A stretch of DNA of 64,000 nucleotides, from assembly GCA_963665775.2 (NCBI GenBank), contig CAXXTF010000002.1, forward strand, positions 1,152,001 through 1,216,000, given 5' to 3'. Below are positions 8,685 through 17,942 of the stretch, in pieces. Source of the DNA: Dehalococcoidia bacterium (GTDB taxonomy: Bacteria; Chloroflexota; Dehalococcoidia; SM23-28-2; RBG-16-64-32). Below the pieces are notes generated by a model, which ran no database searches, was not told where the DNA came from, and saw only the letters and a program-made list of their open reading frames with translations. The first letter of the stretch is position 1. The number at the start of each line of letters is the position of its first letter. The translations under genes were made by a program, and so were the position numbers.

Positions 8685-9800
8685 ATGCGCATCCTCGCCA
8701 TAGACGTGGGCACCGGCACCCAGGACATCCTCCTGTTCGACTCCACGCAGCCGGTGGAGAACGCCCTCCAGATGATCATGCCCTCCCCCACGCAGATCGC
8801 CGCCGGCCGTATCCGGCGCGCCACCGGGGAGGGTCGCCCTGTCGTCCTCACCGGCATCATCGCCGGCGGCGGCCCCTGCCACTGGGCCCTGGAGGATCAC
8901 CTGAAGGCGAAGCGCCCCGCCTACGCCACCGCCGAGGCCGCCGTCACTTTCGACGACGACCTGGAGGCCGTCGAGCGCATGGGCGTGACCCTCGTCTCCC
9001 AGGACGAAGTCGCCTCGCTGGACGCCGATCACGTCGACCTGCGCGACCTGGATCTGCCCGCCATTCGCGCCGCCTTCGCCGCCTTCGATGTCGATACCCA
9101 CTTCGATGGCCTGGCCCTGGCCTGCCTGGACCACGGCGCGTCGCCCCCCGGCTACTCCGACCGTCTATTCCGCTTCGAGCACCTGCGCCGAGTGGTGGAG
9201 AGCCGCAACGACCTGCGCGCCTTCGCCTGCCTCCCCGATGAGCTTCCCGATTACCTCACTCGAGCCCGCGCCCTCGTCGCCGCCGCGGACGCCGACATCC
9301 CCACCGTCTTCCTGGACACCGGCCCGGCCGCCGCCTTAGGCGCCCTGCAGGACCCCCTCGTTGGCCAGGCGCCGGAGCAGCTCGTCCTCAACCTGGGCAA
9401 CATGCACGCCCTGGCCTTTCATCTCCGCGGCACCCGTATCCACTCCCTCTACGAGCACCACACCGGCGAGCTCACGGCCCAGCAACTTGAGGACTTCAGC
9501 CAGCGCCTTATCACCGGCGACCTACCCCACGAGGACGTCTTCAACTCCAAGGGCCACGGCGTCTACTATGTGGACCGCGACGGCGCCCGCAACCCCTTCG
9601 TCGCCGTCACCGGGCCACAGCGCGGCAAGCTCCGCGGCAGCTGCCTTGACCCCTACTTCGCCGTCCCCCACGGCGACATGATGGTCTCCGGCTGCTTCGG
9701 CCTCCTCTGGGCCTTCGCCGAGAAGCAGCCCCGGCAACGAGATGAGATCCTCACCGCCCTCGGCATCAGCGAGGTGCCGGCGGGGGAGTCAGTCGCGTAG
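8685..9800 (+). CDS. DUF1786 family protein (actin-like ATPase fold)
   Basis: MRILAIDVGTGTQDIL, DHG..P.GYSDR.FRF, EHHT, GDMMVSGCFGL. Confidence 0.8.
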   Translation: MRILAIDVGTGTQDILLFDSTQPVENALQMIMPSPTQIAAGRIRRATGEGRPVVLTGIIAGGGPCHWALEDHLKAKRPAYATAEAAVTFDDDLEAVERMGVTLVSQDEVASLDADHVDLRDLDLPAIRAAFAAFDVDTHFDGLALACLDHGASPPGYSDRLFRFEHLRRVVESRNDLRAFACLPDELPDYLTRARALVAAADADIPTVFLDTGPAAALGALQDPLVGQAPEQLVLNLGNMHALAFHLRGTRIHSLYEHHTGELTAQQLEDFSQRLITGDLPHEDVFNSKGHGVYYVDRDGARNPFVAVTGPQRGKLRGSCLDPYFAVPHGDMMVSGCFGLLWAFAEKQPRQRDEILTALGISEVPAGESVA

Positions 9801-9986
9801 CGCTCGCCCTGATCCTAGCAAAGTGTACCGCCAGGTCAGCCTAGACGGGATAGGAAAGCCCGCCTGCAATTCGAGTTCGATGAGGTGTAGGGGGGCACAG
9901 CTACAGCTGTTGTCTGGCCTAAAGTCCACCTTCCCAGCCTGACCCCCTTACAAAGCGAGGCCCAAGAGTAATAGCCAGGAGGATCA

Positions 9987-10574
9987 ATGATGGCGAACCT
10001 GAACCTGGACAAGAACCGGACTGCCGTGATAGCAAGCGAGCTATCCAAGGGAAACTACGCCAACAATCAGATGGCTCAAGAGCGAAACCTCATTGGAAAC
10101 GCCAGAAAGGTTATCGATGCCGCAAGGGCCGCCGGCATTCCCGTGATTCACGTGACGATCGGTTTCCGAGAAGGTTACCCCGAGATCAATGACCGTAACA
10201 AGCTGTTTCGCATGATCAAGGAGTCAGGTGGCCTCAAGGCCGGCAGCGAGCACGTGGCGTTCCACGACGACGTGAAGCCGGCCCCCGGTGAAGTGGTCGT
10301 CAGCCGCCCGCGAGTCAACCCGTTCTACAACTCCGAGCTGGAGTCTATCCTCAAGGCCAGAGATATCGACACCGTGGCCGTTATGGGCATGCTGACCAAT
10401 TTCAGCGTGGAGACAACCGTCCGCCACGCCGCCGATGCCGACTATCGGGTCATCCTTCTGGAGGACTGCTGCGCCAGCCAGCGGCGGGAGGACCACGACT
10501 GGACGATCGAGAACTTTCTCTCTCGTCTGGCCGACATCGCATCCTCGGACGATTTCGTCGAGAGCGTGCGCTAG
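9987..10574 (+). CDS. Isochorismatase/cysteine hydrolase family protein with atypical triad
   Basis: AARAAGIPVIHV, LKARDIDTV, VETTVRHAADADYRVILLEDCCA; RBS AGGAGG. Confidence 0.85.
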   Translation: MMANLNLDKNRTAVIASELSKGNYANNQMAQERNLIGNARKVIDAARAAGIPVIHVTIGFREGYPEINDRNKLFRMIKESGGLKAGSEHVAFHDDVKPAPGEVVVSRPRVNPFYNSELESILKARDIDTVAVMGMLTNFSVETTVRHAADADYRVILLEDCCASQRREDHDWTIENFLSRLADIASSDDFVESVR

Positions 10575-10913
10575 CGGCCCCTCATCCTGGCCAACCCGGA
10601 AGCGAGCGCGTCCGCCACTGACCGGCGACGCCCGGCGGACGGCCACTTTCCCCGCCCGCCCATTGTCACCTTTGCCGCTGAAGCCCCCTCCCACCGCCGG
10701 CGGCCCGGTTGGTGAGCAACCTTCCCACGTGGCCGTCGGCCGCCGCCCGGTTGGAATCTCCCGTTACCGTGAAATGGGCACCTATCTGGAGCTGGCCCAC
10801 GCCGACGAAATAGTCTGGTCGCGACGGCTGATGAGGTCTAGACAATAGCAGGCTGACGTGTCTATAATCACCAATCACGCCGTCTATGCGTTTAATCGCC
10901 AGAATCTATACCA

Positions 10914-11861
10914 ATGCATGAATACATACTGAGAAGGCTCCTCTACAGCATCCCGGTAGTATTCTTCACGCTGGTAATAATCTTCCTGATCATCAACGCC
11001 ATCCCCGGGGATGTAGTTGACGTCCAAACAGCCGGGACCACTCTTTCAGAAGAAGCGATCGCCGAGTACAAGCGCGAGGTTGGTCTGGACAAGCCGTTGC
11101 CCTTGCGTTTCTTCTCCTGGTTAGGCGACCTAGCCAGGGGCGATCTAGGAACGTCAATCTTCACCGGAGTGAAGGTGCAGACCGAGCTGGAGAGGAGGGT
11201 GCCTGTCACGCTACAGCTGGGGATTTTTGGTCTCACTCTGGCGATGATCATAGCCATTCCCCTGGGCATCATATCGGCCATCCGGGCTAACACACCTATT
11301 GACTACGTGGCCAGGTTCTTGGCCATCGGTGGCCTTGCCGTGCCGAACTTCGTCGTCGCCGTACTGGCCATACTCTTGCTCTCCAAATACCTGAACTACT
11401 TCCCAGGGGTTGGCTACGTGCTCCCGTGGGTCGATCCGGTGGAGAACTTTAGGCTGATGTGGCTGCCCGTGTTGCTCGTTGGCACAGCTCAATCGGCATC
11501 GGTCGCCCGCATGGTCCGCTCCACCCTTCTCGAGGTCCTCCATTCCGACTACATACGCACGGCCTGGTCGAAGGGCCTCCGGGAGAGAGCGGTCGTGATG
11601 CGCCATGCTATCAGGAACGCCCTGATCCCGGTGATCACGATAATCGGTCTGCAGGCCCGAGCGATAATCGGTGGCATCGTCCTTATCGAGATCGTGTTCG
11701 GCAAACCAGGAATGGGATCCTGGATGGTAGAATCGATCTTCCGTCGCGACCTCATTCCCCTCCAAGCTATCATCCTCCTTTTCGCCCTGACGGTAGTCGT
11801 GGTGAATCTGATAGTGGACATCTCCTATTCTTGGCTTGATCCGCGTATCAGGCTGAAATGA
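10914..11861 (+). CDS. ABC transporter permease, OppB/DppB type
   Basis: YILRRLL, IPGD, GDLGTS, EAA-like DYIRTAWSKGL..HAIRNALIP, LDPRIR. Confidence 0.92.
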   Translation: MHEYILRRLLYSIPVVFFTLVIIFLIINAIPGDVVDVQTAGTTLSEEAIAEYKREVGLDKPLPLRFFSWLGDLARGDLGTSIFTGVKVQTELERRVPVTLQLGIFGLTLAMIIAIPLGIISAIRANTPIDYVARFLAIGGLAVPNFVVAVLAILLLSKYLNYFPGVGYVLPWVDPVENFRLMWLPVLLVGTAQSASVARMVRSTLLEVLHSDYIRTAWSKGLRERAVVMRHAIRNALIPVITIIGLQARAIIGGIVLIEIVFGKPGMGSWMVESIFRRDLIPLQAIILLFALTVVVVNLIVDISYSWLDPRIRLK

Positions 11862-11872
11862 TGGTTTGAGAA

Positions 11873-12772
11873 ATGGCTGTGCAACAACCGAATGTGCTAG
11901 TGCGCAGGCAACTTCCCGTTCTCAATACGGCCCTATCCGTGGTACGGCCGGCCCGGCGCTTTGCCAGGCGCCAGCCTGTGGGATTCGTCGCGGTGGTCAT
12001 CTTACTTACCCTCATCGTGATGGCCGTCATCGGGCCGGAGATAGTCCCTTACGAGGCGACCGAATTTACCAGGGATCGGCTCGAGGCGCCCTCCTTGAAA
12101 CACCCCCTTGGGACCGACCAGGTATCGCGCGACGTCCTGAGCCGCGTAATCAGCGGTGCCCGCGTCTCCCTGCAGGTAGGGCTCGCCTCCGTGGCTCTGG
12201 GCATCGGCGGAGGGGCTGTTGTGGGCGTGACCTCAGGTTACTTCGGAGGTCAAGTAGACACACTGGTGCAGCGAATCATGGATGCCATGTTATCCTTTCC
12301 GTCGTTGGTCTTAGCGCTCGCCCTGGCGGCGGTTATGAACCCCGGCTTGACAACGGCCATCCTCGCCATAGGCGTCACCATCCTTCCCTCCGCCAATCGA
12401 GTGGTCCGCGGCTCCACGCTCTCCATTAAGGAGAACGTGTATGTAGAGGCGGCGCGCGCTCTGGGTGCGTCCAATCTGAGGATTATATTGTTGCACATCG
12501 TCCCGAACCTGTTCGCGGTGGTCATGGTGATGATCTCCATAACGATGGGCGCCGCCATCATCATCGAGGCCAGCCTGTCCTTCCTGGGACTGGGCGTTCA
12601 GCCGCCCTCGGTCTCTTGGGGCGCGATGATCAACTCTTCACGCGTATTCATGGAGGTCGCGCCCTGGCTGGTGTTGGTGCCGGGCATCGCGATCGCTCTC
12701 GTGGTACTCTCCTTCAACCTCCTTGGCGACGCCCTCCGAGATTACTTCGATCCTAGCCTGAGGGGACGCTAA
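11873..12772 (+). CDS. ABC transporter permease, OppC/DppC type
   Basis: HPLGTD..RDVLSRVISGARVSL, YVEAARALGAS, EASLSFLGLG, NLLGDALRD. Confidence 0.93.
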   Translation: MAVQQPNVLVRRQLPVLNTALSVVRPARRFARRQPVGFVAVVILLTLIVMAVIGPEIVPYEATEFTRDRLEAPSLKHPLGTDQVSRDVLSRVISGARVSLQVGLASVALGIGGGAVVGVTSGYFGGQVDTLVQRIMDAMLSFPSLVLALALAAVMNPGLTTAILAIGVTILPSANRVVRGSTLSIKENVYVEAARALGASNLRIILLHIVPNLFAVVMVMISITMGAAIIIEASLSFLGLGVQPPSVSWGAMINSSRVFMEVAPWLVLVPGIAIALVVLSFNLLGDALRDYFDPSLRGR

Positions 12773-12777
12773 ATCTC

Positions 12778-12813
12778 CTGAAAATCGGCTCTGAAAATCG
12801 CCCCTGAAAACTA
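12778..12813 (+). repeat. Three 13-bp-period direct repeats (CTGAAAATCG/CTGAAAACTA) directly upstream of the -35 box
   Basis: Copies at 12778, 12791 and 12804. Confidence 0.7.
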
Positions 12814-12842
12814 TTGACCTAAGGACCCGACCTGTCTAATAT
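12814..12842 (+). promoter_or_regulatory. Internal sigma70-type promoter for the SBP gene
   Basis: TTGACC-N17-TAATAT. Confidence 0.6.
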
Positions 12843-12904
12843 ATGAAACCAATTAAGATACTCCACAGCAGGGGAACCCGCCGCAACGGATAAAGGAGGC
12901 TACA

Positions 12905-14827
12905 ATGGCAGGCGACAGCAGCTACTGGCAGCGATACTGGTCCAAGAGAGTGACGCGCCGGGGAGTGCTTCGCGGCGGCGCCGTGGCGGCCGCTGGCTTA
13001 ACCGCGGCAGCCGTAGTGGGCTGCGGCGACGATGATGAGGCGCCGGCGGCCACCACACCGGCGGCCACGGCTACACCGCAGGCTACGAATGGACAGGTAG
13101 CCGGGAGGCCCTACTTCCGAACCTACCCGGCGGCCCCTTCCTACTCCTCGTCCGCAAACCAGGCACTCCTTAGGGAGTTCCACTTCTCTGTAATCGGGCC
13201 ACAGGTCCACGTGCTGGGGACACCGCAGCTGGGCGGCGTGTTCTCCCCGCAAACGTTCAACCCCCCACCGACGTTGCACCCGCTGGACCCGGCGGTCGCC
13301 AGCACCGGCCAGTGGCCGGGCGGTCCCTACGCCGCCAACCTGGTGATGGCCGACTGGTGGGACGACCCAGAGCAGAACGGCCCCACCACTCGCTACGCCG
13401 TTTCCGAGTCGTTTGAGACGCCGGATCCTACTACTTTCAACTTCAGGCTGCGTACGCCGCGGCCCTGGTTCCATGACGTCCCACCGGCCAACGGCGACCC
13501 GCTCACGATCGAGGACATTCAGGCCACGTACGAGCTCTACGCCGGGCACAAGTTTTTTGAAGCGAACTTCAAGGACATCACCAGCATCACGGAGCCGGAA
13601 CCGGGCCTCGTACAGATCAAGACCTCTCAGCCCGCGGTCCACCTCCTGGGCGCGCTGCGGAAGGAAGCCTTCACGATCCTTAACAGGAAGCTGATCGAGG
13701 AGGGTGACGAGGCGATGAACTCGAAGGCTATCAGCCTCGGTGCCTTTACCCAGCACACGTTCATCCCGAGCCAGCTTCGCGCTTATAAGCGGAACCCCAA
13801 CTGGTGGTGGCCCAAGGATCAGTTCGGCAACCAGCAGCCGTACCAGGACGGCTTCACGATGAACATCATTGCAGACCCAGCCGCTGGCTTAGCGGCGTTC
13901 CGTACCGGGCAGACCGACTACTATAGGCCCAACAGTGTTGAAGAGTTCGACCAGCTGCGCGGTGACCTCGGCGATGATGTGTGGCCGTTCGCATCGGTCG
14001 GCCCCGCTAGCTCAACAGTTGCCCTTGTTCCTAGCATGCGCGACCCAGCGTTGCAGAACCCCAACGTGCGGCGGGCCATATCGATGGGGATAGACCAGCA
14101 AACAATCCTCGATGTTGTGTTTGGTGGGGCGGCCACGCCCCGCCCCTGGATCCCCTGGTACTTCCGGGGTCTCAAATGGCCGGAAACCCTGGATCAGATG
14201 GGCCCATACTTCAAGTTCGACCCGGAGGGGGCCAAGAACCTCCTCGCCGAAGCCAATGTCCAGACGCCGCTCAAATTGCAGATGTTTTTCACGGGAACGG
14301 TGGAGCAAGCGGGCGGTGGTGGTGTGTTTGCCACCGGAGACCCGTACGTGGAGCCGGCACGGCAAACTCTCAAGGACATCGGTATCGAGTTGGACCTCGT
14401 GCCTCAGGACAGGACGAGCCTGAGACTGAAAACCTTCGACGGCGAGTGGATCGGCATGGGGTCTATCAGCATTGGAACCAGCGCCGTAGACGCGGACGAA
14501 TGGGTCCAACGGGCGGTGTCCGGCACCGGCTCCAACCCTAACGGGATATCAGACCCCAAGATAGACCAGTGGTTCCTCGACGAGCGGGCCGAGGTTGATC
14601 CCGTGGAGCGGGCCAAGATCTTCCAGAAGATAGAGCAGTACGCGGTTCAGGACCAGCTGCTGTGGGGTCCGGTGATGCCCAGGATCTTCAGCCTGGCCCT
14701 GTGGAAGCGGTACGTCCACAACATGATTGAGACCTCCCTGTACACCATCAACGGCGGCCTGCAGTTCCAGCAGACCGAGGTGTGGTTGGATAGCAACGCG
14801 CCCTCGCGCGACATTGACAACCTCTAG
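12905..14827 (+). CDS. ABC substrate-binding protein family 5, Tat-exported lipoprotein
   Basis: TRRGVLRGG twin-arginine motif, AAVVGC lipobox, ESFETPDPTTFNFRLR, VRRAISMGID; RBS AAGGAGG. Confidence 0.88.
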   Translation: MAGDSSYWQRYWSKRVTRRGVLRGGAVAAAGLTAAAVVGCGDDDEAPAATTPAATATPQATNGQVAGRPYFRTYPAAPSYSSSANQALLREFHFSVIGPQVHVLGTPQLGGVFSPQTFNPPPTLHPLDPAVASTGQWPGGPYAANLVMADWWDDPEQNGPTTRYAVSESFETPDPTTFNFRLRTPRPWFHDVPPANGDPLTIEDIQATYELYAGHKFFEANFKDITSITEPEPGLVQIKTSQPAVHLLGALRKEAFTILNRKLIEEGDEAMNSKAISLGAFTQHTFIPSQLRAYKRNPNWWWPKDQFGNQQPYQDGFTMNIIADPAAGLAAFRTGQTDYYRPNSVEEFDQLRGDLGDDVWPFASVGPASSTVALVPSMRDPALQNPNVRRAISMGIDQQTILDVVFGGAATPRPWIPWYFRGLKWPETLDQMGPYFKFDPEGAKNLLAEANVQTPLKLQMFFTGTVEQAGGGGVFATGDPYVEPARQTLKDIGIELDLVPQDRTSLRLKTFDGEWIGMGSISIGTSAVDADEWVQRAVSGTGSNPNGISDPKIDQWFLDERAEVDPVERAKIFQKIEQYAVQDQLLWGPVMPRIFSLALWKRYVHNMIETSLYTINGGLQFQQTEVWLDSNAPSRDIDNL

Positions 14828-14848
14828 GGGTCCCAAGCACTAGGCGCC

Positions 14849-14886
14849 CGGCGTGCCCGGTTGACGCGAGTCGGCCGGGCACGCCG
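14849..14886 (+). terminator. Strong stem-loop after the SBP gene (terminator or RNA-stabilising hairpin)
   Basis: 17-bp stem CGGCGTGCCCGGTTGAC/GTCGGCCGGGCACGCCG (two G-U pairs) with GCGA tetraloop; no clear U tract. Confidence 0.55.
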
Positions 14887-15073
14887 TCTGGTTGAGTTGG
14901 GACAGCTTTGGGACTAAGGGCAGCAGGCTAGGCATGGCACTGAGCGCGAGACGCCCCGCTCGAATGTGTATCGTTGGAGGCTCTGCTAAAGCCCGAATCT
15001 TGCCGCGCCGGCACTTAAAAGCGTATCCTTCTGGCATTGTGAACTTCGCTATGTGTCCGGGAGGGGCCACGGG

Positions 15074-15102
15074 TTGACAGCGCTCCCGTAGGGATATAAG
15101 TT
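15074..15102 (+). promoter_or_regulatory. Sigma70-type promoter of Mo-oxidoreductase copy 1
   Basis: TTGACA-N17-TAAGTT. Confidence 0.5.
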
Positions 15103-15169
15103 CTAAGTACCATATGTAAAGCGTATAGCGGCGGATGGCCCCCTCTTCTAACGTCAATGGAGGTGCTAG

Positions 15170-17770
15170 GTGGTAACAAGCGATCTAGCCAGCCCAGCTC
15201 ATTCCCCGACCAAGTTGGGGGAAGGGAAGACGATCCCCAGCGTCTGCCACCTGTGCGTCTACGGCCAGTGCGCTACGCTGGTGCACGTCGTTGACGGCGT
15301 GGCAGTAAAGATAGAGGGGAACCCCGAGGCGCCTCACAACGAGGGGAGGCTCTGCCCGAGGGGGAACTCAGCCATCATGGAGCTGTACGACCCCTACCGG
15401 GTCAAGGTGCCGATGAAGCGGACCAACCCGGAGAAGGGGCTGGATGTGGACCCCAAGTTCGTGGAGATCAGCTGGGATGAGGCCCTGGACATCGTGGCGG
15501 AGAAGCTGCGGGCCGTAAAGGAAGAGGATCCCAGACAGTTCCACTCCAGCGGAGGAATGGCCGGGGGCGGACTTGCGCGGGGGAGGTTCCAGTCCTTCTT
15601 CGGCGGAGCACCGATGCACATGTTCGGCGGGGTGGCGGCCTGCGGCAGTTCAGAGCACGCCGTCTCTACCTGGGCCCACAACGGCCACGTCTCAGGATAC
15701 GATCCCGACTACGTGGAGCTGCTCATCCTCCAGGGCACCAACGCCGGCTTTGGCACCTGGCTGGGCGGCGCCGCCGGTGGCGGCGTGAGCCGGCTCGCGG
15801 ACGCCCGGGCGGAGCGCGGTACCAGGATAGTGAGCATCGACCCCCGGTGCGGGGAGGGGGCGAACAAGGGCGAGTGGATACCGATAGTTCCTGGCACTGA
15901 CCTCGCCTTCAACCTGTCTATGCTGCACGTGATCCTCCATGAGATGAACCAGTTTGACGTGGAGTTCGTGAAGCTCCACACCAATGGCCCCTACCTCATC
16001 CAGCCCAACGGACACTACCTGAAGGATGCTGACGGTAAGCCCTTGGTGTGGGACGCGGATCTTCAGGCGACTAGACCCTTTGATGACCCGGAGATCAAGG
16101 ACTTTATCCTCGAGGGGTCTTACGAGATAAACAGCGAGTCCTACAAGACGGCCTTCCAGATGCTGAAGGATCGGATGGCGCCGTATACGCCGGAGTGGGC
16201 GGAGAAGCTCACCACGGTGCCGGCTGCCCGGGTAAGGAGCCTCGCCGCCGATTTCGTGAAGACGGCGAAGATCGGGGCGACTATCAAGATAGACGGGGTG
16301 GTGCTGCCCTATCGACCGGCGGCGATGATCGGCTATCACGGCTCAACGCGACACTACAACGGCCCCTACACTACGATGGCCCTGCGTCTCATCAACTGCC
16401 TCATGGGTAACTACGACGTGCCCGGCGGCAACAAGGGGATGCCGGAGATCGCTGCCCACCCGGAGATATATGACATGCCTCCCCAGACAGACGGCATGCT
16501 GGAGTTCATCCCTCCGTCAGAGATCAAGTTCCCGCCGGATCCAGACCTGAAGCAGTTCTACCCACTTGCGGTCGACTCCAACATAGTGTGGTTGAACTGG
16601 ACCCAAAAGGACGCTGCGATGCGGGAGAAGTTCAAGATCCCGTACAACCTCAAGGTCCTCTGCCTGGGAGGCACGAACCCCTTCCGGAACCAGGGCGATC
16701 CCCGGCACACCGAGGAGATGATGAGGGCCATCGACTTCATCTTCACCGTCTCCGTGTGGATCGATGACCCGGCCCTGTTCGCGGACGTGGTGCTTCCAGA
16801 GGATTGTGCTCCGGAGCGGCTCGAAGTACACAAGTACAACGCTATGTTCCAGATTGGGCTTCAGGGGACCATGTTGCGCCAGCCGCTCGTGGGGCGCCTT
16901 TACGATACTCGGCATACCGACGAGATGGTGATAGAGCTAACCGAGAAGCTGGGCATGCTGTACGGCGAAGGCGGCTACATCGACTTCTTGAATAGGACTC
17001 TCGGTGGTTTCTCGAACTATGTCCAGGACGCCGGGCCCGCAGAAGGCGATGGACTCCTGGACATTCACAAGAAGCCCACTTTGGAGGAGGTCGTCGACGC
17101 GAGGCTTAAAGCAGCGCGGGGCCAGGAGAAGGGGGTGGAGTGGTTCAGGGAGAACGGCTTAGAGTTCGACAAGCTCCCGGTCGAGAAGGATTACCACTGG
17201 GCACCCCTATCCGGGCGCCGCTTCCCCCTCTACTTCGAGCCGGTGAAAGAGTTGGGTGACTTGCTGAAGAAGAAGATCAACGAGGAGTACGGATGGGACT
17301 GGGACACCTCCTGGTACGACGCGCTACCACGCTGGGAACCATGCCCAGAACATGATACAGAGAAGTTCCCTCCGGACTTCGATCTGTATGTTATGAATTA
17401 CAAGACGCCGTTCAACACCAACAGCCAGACCGGTGCTAACCCCTGGCTGAGTGAGGTGTTCGAGGCTGACCCCTACTTCCTGCGGCTCTGGATGCACGAG
17501 GAGACAGGGAAGAGAAAGGGGCTTCGCGACGGCGACAAGGTCTGGATCGAGTCGACCATGGCGAAGCTGGAGGCGCGCGTGAAGCTGAGCCAGACAGTCC
17601 ATCCCCAGGTCGTCGCGGTCGGCGGCGCCGGGGGGAGCTGGGCCACCAGCCCCTTCGCCAAGAAGGGCATCAACTTCGCCAGCCTGCTGCCACAGACGCC
17701 GGAGCAGATCAACCCTATGCTCTGTAACCTCGATTGGTGCACGCGAGTCAAGATCACAGTACGGCAATGA
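15170..17770 (+). CDS. Mo-bisPGD (DMSO reductase superfamily) oxidoreductase catalytic subunit, copy 1
   Basis: CHLCVYGQC..LCPRG 4Fe-4S motif, RTNPEKGLDVDPKFVEISWDEALD, GGVAACGSSEH putative Cys ligand, C-terminal molydop_binding domain; no Tat signal. Confidence 0.92.
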   Translation: MVTSDLASPAHSPTKLGEGKTIPSVCHLCVYGQCATLVHVVDGVAVKIEGNPEAPHNEGRLCPRGNSAIMELYDPYRVKVPMKRTNPEKGLDVDPKFVEISWDEALDIVAEKLRAVKEEDPRQFHSSGGMAGGGLARGRFQSFFGGAPMHMFGGVAACGSSEHAVSTWAHNGHVSGYDPDYVELLILQGTNAGFGTWLGGAAGGGVSRLADARAERGTRIVSIDPRCGEGANKGEWIPIVPGTDLAFNLSMLHVILHEMNQFDVEFVKLHTNGPYLIQPNGHYLKDADGKPLVWDADLQATRPFDDPEIKDFILEGSYEINSESYKTAFQMLKDRMAPYTPEWAEKLTTVPAARVRSLAADFVKTAKIGATIKIDGVVLPYRPAAMIGYHGSTRHYNGPYTTMALRLINCLMGNYDVPGGNKGMPEIAAHPEIYDMPPQTDGMLEFIPPSEIKFPPDPDLKQFYPLAVDSNIVWLNWTQKDAAMREKFKIPYNLKVLCLGGTNPFRNQGDPRHTEEMMRAIDFIFTVSVWIDDPALFADVVLPEDCAPERLEVHKYNAMFQIGLQGTMLRQPLVGRLYDTRHTDEMVIELTEKLGMLYGEGGYIDFLNRTLGGFSNYVQDAGPAEGDGLLDIHKKPTLEEVVDARLKAARGQEKGVEWFRENGLEFDKLPVEKDYHWAPLSGRRFPLYFEPVKELGDLLKKKINEEYGWDWDTSWYDALPRWEPCPEHDTEKFPPDFDLYVMNYKTPFNTNSQTGANPWLSEVFEADPYFLRLWMHEETGKRKGLRDGDKVWIESTMAKLEARVKLSQTVHPQVVAVGGAGGSWATSPFAKKGINFASLLPQTPEQINPMLCNLDWCTRVKITVRQ

Positions 17771-17942
17771 CACCCTAGGCTGATACGTCAATGACACAGG
17801 TGGTAAACCTCTGGCGCGGAACCTGCCGTGAGAGGGGGTCCACGAGGCCGGCCTTACCAAGCGCAAGCGGTGCCCGTCCCGTTGGAGTTCGGGCCGCTCA
17901 GATCGCCATCATATACTCCTATCCGCAGTGGAGGTACGTATA

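Noticed and set aside
4547-9134. Long antisense ORFs (4547-6007, 7335-9134) and similar shadows across the window
   Set aside because: They mirror well-supported genes (lysS, serS, DUF1786); expected from high GC3 codon bias; no recognisable motifs
14987-15000. AAGCCCGAATC match to the IS1380 left end
   Set aside because: 11-bp isolated match with no partner TIR or transposase remnant
17771-17927. Moco riboswitch between the two Mo-enzyme genes
   Set aside because: Could not identify the conserved Moco RNA stems by eye; an Infernal search would be needed
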